Below, piece by piece: positions 27,828 through 41,832 of a DNA stretch of 64,000 bases (its first letter is position 1; each line of letters begins with the position of its first letter). Below the pieces are notes generated by a model that saw only the letters and a program-made list of their open reading frames with translations, had not been told where the DNA came from and made no database searches. The translations under genes and the position numbers were made by a program. The DNA comes from Octopus bimaculoides (lineage: Eukaryota), in contig NC_068986.1 of the NCBI RefSeq assembly GCF_001194135.2, forward strand, positions 95,746,435 to 95,810,434, given 5' to 3'.

Positions 27828-29716
27828 ACATTACTTCTAAATATACACACAGTTGTCCTGAGATAAGACACAAGACCATTATGGACAGCATCTCTTTTTG
27901 AAAGAAATCAACCCAAAACTAAAAGCTAACAAATACCTCATTAGTACTACCCTAGTTGTAAAGGAATACTATCTTATGGTACAAGGCAGAATACATTGAA
28001 GAATCTAGTATCCCTGATTTACAAAACGATGGATAGGTCATGGCTGGAATACTTCTGATCATAGGCTTCCTCAATCAGGGCTGATCAAGAATGAAGCAAC
28101 AACAGTACCAAAACGTACTTGGGTCTAATAGATTCAGGTACCAAAAGTGAAGTTATTTGGCTTTTGATACAATATCATACTTATGACAAAATATGAACTG
28201 CTGGACACTCAGTTAATTGTCAGAAGTCTTATTGACTTGTTAGGCCTACATCAGTCAATGGTGACCACAAATCTGTACATGTATGTGTGGGCCTGGGTAT
28301 ACTCTTTCTTTTTTTTTGTTTTGTTTTGTGGAAGATAAGCAGTTGTTTATGCATGCAAGTCTTCTCTCGCCAAACTACTGATGTTTATCTATGGGAAGAG
28401 CAAGCAACTAGGTCAATACAACTTGGCACTAGTGTTGCTGTTGGTCGCAAGTGTTACTGTTAGAAATCAAAGAACCTTCTAATTGACTTAGCTCTCTGCT
28501 AATTTAATAATTGCTAATTTTGATACAAAGTCACATGAGCCAATCAGGGAAACTTAGTGTGACCAAATCTCTTTCAAATCACACTTTACCAGCTTAAAAT
28601 GCACATTGGACAACACAGTCTCATATATCTCACTAAAAAAAAATATGTGGGAGAAGGGAACAGTCACAGCTAGGATATGTTTGATCACAGGTTTGCTTAA
28701 CAAGGGCTGAACTGGGACAAAAAAACAACAAGGACACTAATTTTGACAAGAAGGATTGAATCAACCCCAGCACTTGTGTTATCAACCCTGCAAAGATGAA
28801 AACAAAAACAAGATTCGTTTCAATCAAGAACATAAACAGATCTAATTTAATATCACATTTCATCTTTTCTTTCACAATAACACTTAATGTTAATTGGTAA
28901 ATTAAAACACTAGTGGTAGTCTAAGTGGATTACAAATAGTTGTTGTTTAACCCCAGGTGAGCCCTGATTCAGTAAGTCTGTCATCAAAGGTGTTCAATAT
29001 GTGATAGTTCATCCTTCCATTTCTTCATTTTCTTTTTAATCAAACATAGTATATCTAGGACTACATTATCCAGTGTATCTTTCTATTTTCTATATGTAAA
29101 AACAAAAATCTATGTTTATTGATCAAACAGATCAATGTTGTCTATGCTTTGCTGACACAGTCCAAGACTGAAACATTCCTGTTACTGTCATTGTTTCTAT
29201 TTGTTAGTCGCAATTTTTTTGTTTTCTTTCTCCAACCAAAAGGAAAATTTCAAATCCTTGAGAATTCTTTTGCACACGTCACTCAGTACATCTATTAATA
29301 TACATGATTTGTATGTGAATCATCTTTCCTCTTTATTCCGATATTTTCTCAACATTTTCCCACTTAATTTTTCTACTAAAAGTTTAAATATAAACCTTCA
29401 TAATGAGATTTAAATTAAACAGTCTCATATCATAGTGAAAATCAAGTTTTTCTTTTTTCCAGTTTATTTACAAGAAATTATAAAGTTGCATATTTGGGAG
29501 CAATTCAATCAATTTACATCTTTTTATGTTCTGAATTCAAATCCCACAAAATTAACTTTGTCTTTCATCCTTCTGAGATTGATAATATAAGTTTACAAGT
29601 ACATGGGTTGAAATAACTGACTCTACTCCATAAAAGTGATGTCCTGGTATGACCACAATCTAATGTCTAAAACCAGAAAAAGAATGTAAGAAATTAATAA
29701 AAAATTGTTTTCTTAC

Positions 29717-29757
29717 CTCCATCGTTCTTCCTCTGATAATTTGGACAGATCTATTGT
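29717..29757 (-). CDS. RNF121: RNF121 exon 2: TIDLSKLSEEERW(R)
   Basis: 41 nt, tttatag acceptor, AG/GTAAG donor; homologous to vertebrate VDMSDLSPEEQWR; phase fits exon 3. Confidence 0.9.
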
Positions 29758-30675
29758 CTATAAACATAAATAGAGAAATAAAAATAAAGATTATGTCATT
29801 TAATACAAAATACATTTCAACAGCAGTCATCAAAAATACTCAACACAACATAATGATGGTAGTCATCTTTATCATCATGTGGTTATATTTACAAATCTAT
29901 GACCTTCCATTGTTGGTTACTTCAATGACTATACAGTGGTATCAATTAGTTTAAAGACAAGACTATATTGATAATTAAACCTTTAGTATTTATTTAAACT
30001 ATACAGGACTAAAAACTACATATGATATGAATAACAAGATATTTTCTTACTCTTTTAAATTATGTAAGTTGAACACAAAAATTTGAATTAGAATAATGCA
30101 GTTATTGTCGCTTAAGCCACAAAAATTAACGTTACTTATAATACAAAAAATTTAGAAAAAAGTATTTAAATTTCAATATTTGGAAATTGAATGAATTATC
30201 TGACTATATTGCCAAAATATGAGAAGTAATTTCAGATAATGTGATTAAGATTATAGATTCAATTGCCATAGATACAATTCTATTTTATGAAATTTCAGGT
30301 ACCTGACCAAATATTAACAAAATGTAATTTTATTCTTTTTGTTTCTTAATGCACACATTCCAATTTATTGAAAAGAGTATATATCATATTTCAACTGTTC
30401 ATGAATTTAATGGGATTCATGTTTGTGATGTTATTGATGTATTAATGATTGAGTAGGCTAATTAAAAATTTCTCATTTAAACGTCCATCAATTAAAAATG
30501 TAAAAAAAATTCTATTTCTATTCATATAGCTTATATATGAATCCAAAGTGATTAAGCTGACAGAAATAAAAATAATTAGCATTTAATTATCAGTGTTTTC
30601 TTGTATATAAATTAAGTAACATCACTGTATATGTGTACATACATACATATATATGCGTGTATACACACACACAAC

Positions 30676-31120
30676 TCAAAAGTAAAGTAGAGTAGGTTCA
30701 TCTAGGACTCTTGACAAGAAGAGGTCCAGCCTTGATTTAAAAACACCTACATCTACTTTGTGTAGATTCCTTAGACTCTTTGGGAGAATATTAAAAAGGT
30801 GTGAGCCCCTGAAACCCAAGCTGTTGCAGTAACTGGTCCTTAAGCACGATGGCATTACTGAGATCTTTGGCACTATACAGTGTCATCCCGTTCTGGCATT
30901 GGTTTAGCTTTCAATGCCAAAATTTGGCACAATTCCTTCCAGGATCTTCCAGATGTATATTACTGCATACCTCTCCTGTCTTCTCTCCAGGGAGTAGAGT
31001 CTTAGCTGTTTCAGCCTTTCCCAGTAGTTGAGCAGTTGCAAAGAGATGATCTTCTTTGTGAATCTTCTCAGGATTGCTTCAAAGTCCGCTGTTAATTTCA
31101 CACTGGTGGGTGACCACTGC
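30676..31120 (-). mobile_element. CR1-clade LINE ORF2 C-terminal fragment
   Basis: QWSPTSVKLTADFEAILRRFTKKI...YWERLKQLRLYSLERRQERYAVIYIWKILEG, the typical post-RT CR1 tail, with internal stops. Confidence 0.85.
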
Positions 31121-31495
31121 ATAGTACCAAGGGTACTGTCCACTGCATCTCACATAAGAACAAGGTACTGCAACAGCCTCGGTTTCAGAGGACCTCAGCT
31201 CTTTAATGTCCTGCCAAAACAATTGAGAAACCTGCAAGACATGGATATAGAGGTCTTCAAAACAAAACTTGACACTTGTCTCTCCACGATACCAGACAAA
31301 CCAATGGCTCGAAATGAGACACATTTGAGGGCAGCAAAGTCAAATTCTCTTATACACCAGATGTGCCATCAAAACTCTTGATTGGACTATATCAGGTGGA
31401 GGAGAAGAGCCATGCAAGGAACGTGAAGAGAGCACAGGATAAGGACGGAAATTCATGGCAGCTACTTGGCTGAAACGCATAAATAAATTAAATAT
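31111..31495 (+). mobile_element. Second CR1-clade LINE 3' end with (TAAA)n tail
   Basis: HCIVPRVLSTASHIRTRYCNSLGFRGPQLFNVLPKQLRNL..., paralogous to the adjacent minus-strand fragment. Confidence 0.8.
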
Positions 31496-31855
31496 ATATA
31501 TATATATATGCCAGAAGAGTAGCCCGCTCACTTATTTGTATCTTTACTTCATTGGACACTAAACTCTGCTTGTGAAGACCTGTTATTATANNNNNNNNNN
31601 NNNNNNNNNNNNNNNNNNNNNNNNNNNNNNNNNNNNNNNNNNNNNNNNNNNNNNNNNNNNNNNNNNNNNNNNNNNNNNNNNNNNNNNNNNNNNNNNNNNN
31701 NNNNNNNNNNNNNNNNNNNNNNNNNNNNNNNNNNNNNNNNNNNNNNNNNNNNNNNNNNNNNNNNNNNNNNNNNNNNNNNNNNNNNNNNNNNNNNNNNNNN
31801 NNNNNNNNNNNNNNNNNNNNNNNNNNNNNNNNNNNNNNNNNNNNNNNNNNNNNNN

Positions 31856-31902
<47 letters not shown>

Positions 31903-33375
31903 ACATTCTCCATTAATATCTTGATGAGCAAAAACTAAACACTGTTAAAATGCTAGTAATTTATGAATCAAACTAGCTGCCTAGAATGTTCTGTAATATT
32001 CAAAACAGTCTATCTAATGTATTTAAGTTCAAGCAAGTTTATAACCAATATCTCTGTTTACAGTTAAGAGGTTACTCAGTCACTGATGAAATCCCAACTT
32101 CCCTGCCCAATTCATCTTTTTTGTTCACAAAGCTATGAATATATAGAGACAAACTGTTTACATCAGCATATTACACAGTGTTGGCTAAAAGCAATATGAA
32201 CCATCCTCAAAATTCATATGTTCAATTCTTGTCTCTCTTCTATGCATGTAGACTGAAATATTACTTCCGCAGACAGTCCCCAAGTGTTGCCAGTTCAAAT
32301 TTCTTACTTATTAAAGTTCAAGGAATTCAAAAGTCAAAAATACAAATCTTGAAGACTGTTTGTATGTAAATATAGTCTGCAGCACAAAATACAGTAGCAT
32401 ATAGAACAATACAATACAGTCATGTATAAAATAACAGTTCAGTAGAGTAGAATAGAGTAGTTAACAGTAGATTAAACTAGAGTACAGTAAGCAGTATAAT
32501 AGTGAACAGTAGAGTAAAACAGAGTGACAGAGTACAATACTGTAAAGAACAGTATATTAGAATACAGCTGAATTAAAGGAAAGAAAAATGTTAAAATTAT
32601 TATAAGCAGTGCAATGTTGGTGACATTATATAGAAATATGTTTGTGAGAAAGCGATTGCTAAACAGAGACAGAGAGAAAGAACATTGCCATTGTAATGAA
32701 AGCAAATAGTAATAACAAACTTTGTGATGACTAAAAATTAAGATGCTTAAAACAGCAAAATGCAAAGCACCAATAAAGCAAGGATTAACTCCATGTAGCA
32801 AACATATGCCAAACTTAGAAATGAATTCTTTCATTGTCCACAAATACTTGTAACATAGTGCAATGGTTGAGCTAACAATGAAGCCTCTACATAGTTGCAT
32901 AACTTGATAGAAATAGCAGCCAAATGACTCTCATACCACAATCAACTGTCTTAAATAAAGGCAGATACACTGAGCAGTGTACTTCTAAGTATACAAAAAG
33001 ATGAAATGGTCACAGTTGGAACACCTCTAATCATTAATCCACTCAGTCAGAACTGTCCTGGGACTGAACAACAATTTAACAGTAAATTCATGTTACTTGA
33101 CTATTTACAGACCATGGCTATAGATAATGATATGTAATAGGCACATGCAACCATTCTACATAGCTAATTCTTTCTCATTTCATAATCATTCTTGCTCTAC
33201 TCTGATAAAAATCCATGATTGACACAAAACTCTTTCGCCCAGAATCAAACTTAGTACAAAGAATGACATAATCTTAAAGGCAGTGCTCCAGCATGGCTGC
33301 AGTCAAATGACTGAAACAAGTAAAAGAGTAAAGAGTATAAATTTGGGAATAGCTACATTTTTGTCTATGTGACAA

Positions 33376-33417
<42 letters not shown>

Positions 33418-33857
33418 CCTTTCTGCTGAAGGCACAAGGCCTGAAATGGGGGGGGGGAGGTAAGTCAATTATATTGACCCCAGTGCTTAACTTGTACTTA
33501 TTTTACTGACACTGAAAGGATGAAAGGCAAAGTCAACCTCAGCAAAATTTGAACTCAGAATGTATAAACAAACAGTATGCTGCTAAGCAAACTTTGGAAT
33601 ATTTTGGGTGACACATTAGGCTGGTCAAGCTAAATTTCCCAAGTAGTTTCCATGAAGAATGAAGTCTTCATTATTTGTGCTCCATCCTGCCTCTCCACTG
33701 GAGCTACATCCATCCAGGAGTATGTCACTCTTAAGAAACTGTAACAATTACTGGACTTTATTTCAATATTGTTTATTATGATGGTCTTACGCACACTAAG
33801 TGTTTTAAAGTGTGGTTGGTTTTCATTTAATCATCTTCGCAAAACTAACTATTTTTC

Positions 33858-34018
33858 ACTCTCTGAGTGGTTGGCGTTAGGAAGGGCATCCAGCTGTAGA
33901 AACTCTGCCAAATCAGATTGGAGCCTGGTGTAGCCATCTGGTTTCACCAGTCCTCAGTCAAATCGTCCAACCCATGCTAGCATGGAAAGCGGACGTTAGA
34001 TGATGATGATGATGATGA
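33858..34018 (+). mobile_element. RTE LINE 3' UTR fragment
   Basis: Same family, (GAT)n tail. Further copies at 45387-45716 (+), 49329-49518 (+), 57051-57218 (-), 57974-58149 (+) and 60598-60755 (-, diverged). Confidence 0.85.
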
Positions 34019-36280
34019 TAAACTTTTTGTACTTTTGTACTTACTGTATGACAATGCACACCATCACTAGTTGCCTCAGATTCCACTGTTTTACTTTCAA
34101 ATTTTAATGAGGATTAAAAATCAACTTAAGATTATGAAAAGAAATACACTAGTGGTTCACTAAACACCACCAATCACCATAAATAAAATTTTTTAACATT
34201 GGCACAAGACCACATATTTTGAGGGAGAGATATAATCAATTATATTAGCCTCAATACATGACTGGTACATATTTTATCAACCCCAGAATGATAAAAAAAA
34301 AAGCTGATTTTGTTGGCAGCTGAACTCAGTGTGTGTACAAACAACACAACAATACTAGAAACATTTTGTCCACTATTCTACCAACCCTACCAATCTATAA
34401 CCTTGCATTAATTATGAATAGTAAGTTTCTTTTGTGATGAGCCCTTAAACTTGTAGGTGAAAGAAGTAGGAAATGGTGAGATAGATGTGTGACTTTCCCA
34501 ATAATACCAGTAAAATAGACCAAATTTCTTCAACTTGGAATTATATCCAAGTTTCTGACCTAGTTTAACAGAAACTTACAGATTCAAAATAAGTATCCTC
34601 CACCAACCAAAAGCAATGATATTAGTTATTTTGAGCAAAAGCTTTTTGTTAAAGGTCTTTAATCCATTTGTAAAACCAAACCATATTACATACCTCATTT
34701 AGTTTATAATGGGTCTCAGGATAGTGATGGCGCATTCTGTAGGGTTTCTTGTTGGATTGTGAAAATAAATCACCTTTAGACTTTGTCCAGCTCCAAATCC
34801 TAAACTCTCAAGAATAAAACACTATACGCTTGTGTGAATGTGATATCTACCTGTATGGCAAACAACAGCACCAAAACAATACTTATTTTATAAAATAGCA
34901 TTAAACAACTGCTGTGTAGACTTATCCAATCAATACAAGAATTAAAGAAAATAATTGTATTCAATTCACTTATCTATGCTGTGTTGTTTAATCTCAAGCA
35001 GTCATAATAAAATAGACCTATGATCAAGAACATTCCAACCATAGTCATTCTGCCACTTTTTTTTTTACCAGATATAGTATACTGTGGACTAATTATCCAA
35101 TGTATGGGTTTTTTTCTAAGATGACAGAGAGGTTTGAGGGTGACTTGGCTGCACTTTCTAGAAGACTGAATAGAAATACAGAGATGTTGATATAGAGGCC
35201 AATAAGAGAGATGCTATATAAACTATTTGTCTAGTTAAAATTTTCAGGAAAGAATGTATATGGTTGAATCAAACTTAGAACATAACCAATACTTAGTTTA
35301 GCCTGGTCGAATAAAAGATTTTGAATTCAGTATATAAAAAAAAACATAACTACAAAGCATTTAGACCAATACTATCATGACTTTCAGTCCACCGTCCTTC
35401 TTGTTCTGCCAAACAATCATTTGATATAAGTCCATTTTTTAACTGGACTGGATCTTTCAAAGTCTAGTTCTTTGGATTAGCTTCTGCAACATTTCTAGCA
35501 ATAATAGCTGTTGGTAAGCTTCATAAGATGGAAAATATTTTTTGGTGATGTTCTTACTCTACCAGAATATGAAGAAGACATGACAAGTGAGAGGTATCAA
35601 CCATGTCAACCAATCATTACAGTGAGAATAGTTATATTTAGTATATGTTATATAGTATTACTATTAGTAGCAGTAGTCAGTAGAAGGGTTAACTTGCTGA
35701 CAACAGGATTTACAATAATAGTTATATGTAGTGATACCTAATACATAGCAGAGGGTGTGTGTATGTGTTTATGTGTAAGAGAAACACAGGCAGAAAGACT
35801 AACACTTATTCACATATTGACAACATATAACAGTAATGACAAAAAAAAAAAAAAATCCCCAACAGGTGTGATTTGTGAAACAGAATCCACAGTGAAACTG
35901 CAATAGTAATTTGTAGCTATTCAGAGTAGTTGAAGCAACTTCAGACTAGTTAACCATAAACATCAACTATGATTGAAATGAAACAGATGTGCAGCTGAGC
36001 AAATAATTAAGTCAGTTCACAAGCTCACAGCTTATTCCCCTCAATCAATATGGGGAGTCGATCTTCTCAATAGTAAAATAAAATCTGAAGTTGAAAGAAA
36101 CTAATGATGGCCTGCAACAACAAAAACTATTTAGTGACACTCTTAAATTTGAATGAGTTTATATGCTGTGGGTGGTTCAAGCAAAGCCCTTTATCATGCC
36201 TACATGTCATTCAAAGTTATCTAAATTTATAAACTATCTTAAATGTCTATATTTCTGAGATGAGAGATTTATATTTTGTA

Positions 36281-36910
36281 CAGTAAACACTCGCCATATC
36301 GCGGTTCACCTATTGTGTCCTCAGTACATCATGGATTTTTCTGGCTAATATATGTAAATTCATATCACGGACTCCTCAGTATATCGCGAGTTTCTGCGGC
36401 TGGTAGGCATTTATACCTTTTTAGATTTTAATTATTTCTGTGGTAAAATAAGCATTTTCATGCTTAAAAATTAATAAATTAATAAATAAAAATACAGTAA
36501 AGTACTGCACTGTATAACACGTTAATTAAAATACAGTAATCCCTTGACTATCATGGGTATTACATTACAAAATATCCAGAAAAATCCGTGATGTACTGAG
36601 TGCACGATAGATGAACCATGATGTACTGAGTGTGTGATAGGTGAAGTGCAATATGGTGAGGTAATTGTGTATATCGAAAGAAAATATGTAGTGTACTGTA
36701 GATGAGTAAACAAAGAAGCACACATACTGTATGCCAAATGAAACTCAGGAGGTGAATGTGAGGTATTGTTTTGCATTTATAATAAAATAAACATATACAA
36801 ATGATAAAAGAAATAAAAAGAGAATATACAGTACTGTTTCTACTTTGCAGATTTTTACCTATTGTGTGTGTGGGGGGGACGTAGCACCCACAATAGTCAA
36901 GAGATTACTG
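36281..36910. mobile_element. pogo/Tigger-like MITE, with a smaller same-family MITE inserted inverted at 36534-36669
   Basis: TA-CAGTAAAC...GATTACTG-TA; homologous to 796-1472. Confidence 0.75.
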
Positions 36911-38392
36911 TACATTGTTTATATTAGTCAGACTGGTGTCACACTTTGATTGCTGCTTTCACTACATTACAGCTGTTGTATGCGCCAGCCTTCTATATAA
37001 CTTAAATTCATGAACAGTAGCTGTAGTAGCAATGGGTTACATAGAAGTGAAATCATGGTCAGTTCATAAAAGACAGTGACAATCAGATATTTTGATGGAC
37101 TAAATAGTATTGTCAATGGAGAAGGTAGAGATATTCATAAATCTAAATTGGGTATTTTAATGTGACACTTTATTACCTCAATTTACAAGCAACTGAGATA
37201 ACATACTAGACCTGAATAAGTATGTTGTGACATTAACATCATATCCAAATGAGACAGTTGCTATTCATCCACTGAATGTCATAAAAAAAACTCTGGCTAA
37301 ACTTTAGGCCAATGATCTCTTGAGATTTACACTGGGTATAATACATAAGGACATAAATAAAATATATAAAAACTATACCAGAGTTTACAACTTTATTACA
37401 GTCTGAAAAAATAATCCTGACTGACAAAGCACACAGCACAGATAAACAAACATTTTCCCTTTCCCTCCAAAAGACAATACTATAAACACCTCAAGATCAT
37501 ACAGGTGTACATAGTCATGTGGCTAAAAACTAACATGCAACTATTGAAAACACTTAATAATAAACATAATAATTATTTCTAACATAGGGATAAGGCCACA
37601 AATTTGATGGGGTTAGTCGATTGAATTAACCCCAGTACTTGACTGGTAATTTAGTTTTGTCTACTCCATAAGGATAAAAGGAAAAGTTGATTTGGATGAA
37701 ATTTAAACTCAGAACATAAGATACATAACTAAAGACTACAGGTATTTTGTCCTGTTCTAACAGCTCTGCCAATCCACCAGACCTTAAAAATAGTAATAAT
37801 TGTTTCTAACTTAGGTAGAAGGCCAGAAATTTAGGAATAGGAAGTTAATCAATTAAAATGACTCAAGACATAAGTGGTACTTTATTTTACCAAACATGGA
37901 AGGATAAAAGGTAAAGTAGATCTTGGTGAGATCTGAACTCAGAACATAAAGACAAGAAGGAATACCACAAACATTTTGCCTGATGCTCTAATAAACAGCT
38001 TTTTTTGATTATTTAAAGAACTGTGAATCTCATGATCCACTTTTTGCATCTTATGTCTTCAGTCTGGGTTCATCCTTCCTTTTCTGGGTCTTCTTTCTTT
38101 TGTGGTTGTCTCTGACAATTTGTTATTCTTCTCCAACTTTCATATATACCCCATCATTTCAAGTCAATAGACTTGAGCCTATTCAGGTAGACCTTTTGAT
38201 ACAATATCCTAGTGATGAGCACAGAACAGATTTTTTCCTGATGGTATTCTGGAAACGGTAGTTTCTGGGACCTGCTGTTATATTCTTGCCACTACTGCAG
38301 TCTGCTGCTTTCCTCCTTTCTTTGCTTTTTCAGCTTCTCAAGGAGAAATCCCCCAACAAGCTCTGAGAACTACAAGTGGGATTTCGGCCTTG

Positions 38393-39292
38393 CATCATCA
38401 TCATCATCATCATCATCGTTTAACGTCCGCTTTCCATGCTAGCATGGGTTGGACGATTTGACTGAGGACTGGTGAAACCGGATGGCAACACCAGGCTCCA
38501 GTCTGATTTGGCAGAGTTTCTACAGCTGGATGCCCTTCCTAACGCCAACCACTCAGAGAGTGTAGTGGGTGCTTTTACGTGTCACCCGCACGAAAACGGC
38601 CACGCTCGAAATGGTGTCTTTTATGTGCCNNNNNNNNNNNNNNNNNNNNNNNNNNNNNNNNNNNNNNNNNNNNNNNNNNNNNNNNNNNNNNNNNNNNNNN
38701 NNNNNNNNNNNNNNNNNNNNNNNNNNNNNNNNNNNNNNNNNNNNNNNNNNNNNNNNNNNNNNNNNNNNNNNNNNNNNNNNNNNNNNNNNNNNNNNNNNNN
38801 NNNNNNNNNNNNNNNNNNNNNNNNNNNNNNNNNNNNNNNNNNNNNNNNNNNNNNNNNNNNNNNNNNNNNNNNNNNNNNNNNNNNNNNNNNNNNNNNNNNN
38901 NNNNNNNNNNNNNNNNNNNNNNNNNNNNNNNNNNNNNNNNNNNNNNNNNNNNNCTTCTCACGCACAGCCCATTTCCAAAGGTCTCGGTCCGTAGTCATCG
39001 CCTCGGTGAGGCCCAATGTACGAAGGTCTTGCCTCACCACCTCAGCCCAAGTCTTCCTGGGCCTACCTCTTCCACGGGTTCCCTCAACTGTTAGGGTGTG
39101 GCACTTTTTCACGCAGCTATCCTCCTCCATTCTCACCACATGTCCATACCAGCGCAATCGTCTCTCTTGCACGCCACAACTGATGCTTCTAATGTTCAGC
39201 TTTTTCTCTCAAGACTTCTAATGTTCAGCTTTTCTCTCAAGACTTCTAATGTTCAGCTTTTCTCTCAAGATGCTTCTAATGTTCAGCTTTTC
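38393..39292 (-). mobile_element. 5'-truncated RTE-clade LINE (RT C-terminus plus 3' UTR; gap 38630-38953)
   Basis: LREKLNIRSISCGVQERRLRWYGHVVRMEEDSCVKKCHTLTVEGTRGRGRPRKTW; RLRWxGHVxRM and RGRPRKTW are RTE hallmarks; (GAT)n tail at 38393. Confidence 0.9.
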
Positions 39293-41832
39293 GGGTGGAG
39301 AAAGAAAAGTATTTAGATTGACAATGCAGGGCTAACAGCCAGGATGCCAGTTCCTAAATGTATTCCTCTGGCACAAAGGTTGTGTCCTTTGGAACATGTC
39401 TTTCCTGTGTTCTCTTCTTTTGGGGAGCTGACTAGCAAAGCTAGCAAAACAGCTGTTATTGCTATTAAAGTCACTGGAAATATCAGTTTTATTCATTTGT
39501 TAGAGTGTCTCTTTCTTTATATGTATTTTTTTCTCCCTTTTCAAATTTTGTGGTGACAATACCACTGCCACTATAACCACCTTTTTACACCTCTCCATGC
39601 TGGCATGAGTTGGACAGTTCATTATGGTCCAAGCCAGTTCTTATTCAAAGTTATTGCCCTCCTAAATAAATCAGAGAACCATGTTTCACTCAGTCATCTC
39701 AGTTTTGGCAAGGTTTCTACAGTTGGCTGCCCTTCCTTACACCATCCTTTTTTACAGAATGTAAATGATGCATTTTTTCATTGCACCAATACTTGAAAAA
39801 TTATCACACTCTCAGTGAGAAGAAAGAATCCTTTCAACCCTATGTTGTCTCTGCTTGATTTGTCAACCACTTTGCAGAGTGTACTGGATGTTTTTTCATG
39901 GCATCAATACTAGTGAGATCACTATGTAACTTGCAAGACTAATAAGTCCTCACTACTCTGAGAGGATGAATGGAAAAGACTGTGGTGACATAAGCTGAGT
40001 TGCAACAGAGATGTTAAAATGTAATGGGAAAAACAGGNNNNNNNNNNNNNNNNNNNNNNNNNNNNNNNNNNNNNNNNNNNNNNNNNNNNNNNNNNNNNNN
40101 NNNNNNNNNNNNNNNNNNNNNNNNNNNNNNNNNNNNNNNNNNNNNNNNNNNNNNNNNNNNNNNNNNNNNNNNNNNNNNNNNNNNNNNNNNNNNNNNNNNN
40201 NNNNNNNNNNNNNNNNNNNNNNNNNNNNNNNNNNNNNNNNNNNNNNNNNNNNNNNNNNNNNNNNNNNNNNNNNNNNNNNNNNNNNNNNNNNNNNNNNNNN
40301 NNNNNNNNNNNNNNNNNNNNNNNNNNNNNNNNNNNNNNNNNNNNNNNNNNNNNNNNNNNNNNNNNNNNNNNNNNNNNNNNNNNNNNNNNNNNNNNNNNNN
40401 NNNNNNNNNNNNNNNNNNNNNNNNNNNNNNNNNNNNNNNNNNNNNNNNNNNNNNNNNNNNNNNNNNNNNNNNNNNNNNNNNNNNNNNNNNNNNNNNNNNN
40501 NNNNNNNNNNNNNNNNNNNNNNNNNNNNNNNNNNNNNNNNNNNNNNNNNNNNNNNNNNNNNNNNNNNNNNNNNNNNNNNNNNNNNNNNNNNNNNNNNNNN
40601 NNNNNNNNNNNNNNNNNNNNNNNNNNNNNNNNNNNNNNNNNNNNNNNNNNNNNNNNNNNNNNNNNNNNNNNNNNNNNNNNNNNNNNNNNNNNNNNNNNNN
40701 NNNNNNNNNNNNNNNNNNNNNNNNNNNNNNNNNNNNNNNNNNNNNNNNNNNNNNNNNNNNNNNNNNNNNNNTGTGCGTGTGTGTGGATGTGTGTTTGGAT
40801 GTGCGTGTGTGCGCGCGTGTGTGTGGATGTGTGTGTAGATGCATGTGTGGATGTGTGTGTGTGTGTGTGGATGTGTGTGGATGTGTGTGTGTGTGTGTGT
40901 GTGTGGATGTGCGTGCATGTGTGTGTGTGTGTGTGTGTGTGTATATGCTGGGTGTTTAATAAAGAAATAACATTTAAACCTGTTTCCCATTTGAAAATCT
41001 GACAGAGTAAATATATGAGAGATGGTGTAAGTGACAGTAAGCGGTAGTGAGAGAGGTGCATGTATAGATGACTTTTCCAAAATGCTACAGTATATGCAGA
41101 CCAAGTTGTTTAGCAATGTTGATCAGCTAATAAACTTGACAGGCACAGATGATGAAAGGAAGACACACACACAAGTTTCATTTGCCTTGGTCTACTGATG
41201 ACCACATCCCAATCCTTCAATTGCAGAAAGAACATACAAGCGTTTGGCTGAAGGGGCCATGTTGTCTAACTGTGTGCATACCACTTTTCTTGCTTTTCAA
41301 TCCCCTCTCCAAAGCAGAGACCATCAAATTAAGTGGCAAAAAGCAATATCTTACAATCTTAAAGAGTTCAAAATAGTCTTCAGCTAGCCATTGAACTATT
41401 TCTTTGGTCCCTATTGTGTAACTGATTGAAGAGAATCTCACAGGGGAAACAAAAGCCTGATATATGCCCTACATCTGTGAGCCATCTCAACTGACTACTA
41501 TTGTACAGATTCAATGCTGTAGACATCCATACAGATTGTAATCACACATTACAAAATGTAAATGATTTAAATCTTTACTATATTCTATGGTATATTGGAT
41601 TTCATATATAGTAGGAATCTACCATCATTTAGGTTGAGAGTCACACCCCAAAATTAACAATTCTTCGGTTAATGCTTATTATGATTTTTAAGTTCAAGTC
41701 TATAAATAATTTTGCTAACTCTTTTCAAAATCTATCTACACATTGGCCATTTTTCTCTGGAAGTTAGGAAACTGTCATCTCAGTAAATTCTCCTATTATG
41801 TGAACTGAATTTCTTTTGTAGTGGGTCTAAAA

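Noticed and set aside
39310-39500. Short open frames on minus (FPVTLIAITAVLLALLVSSPKEENTGKTCSKGHNLC...)
   Set aside because: No convincing splice sites or recognisable homology.
41100-41520. Possible Penelope/LINE protein remnant
   Set aside because: Similarity too vague to support without a search.
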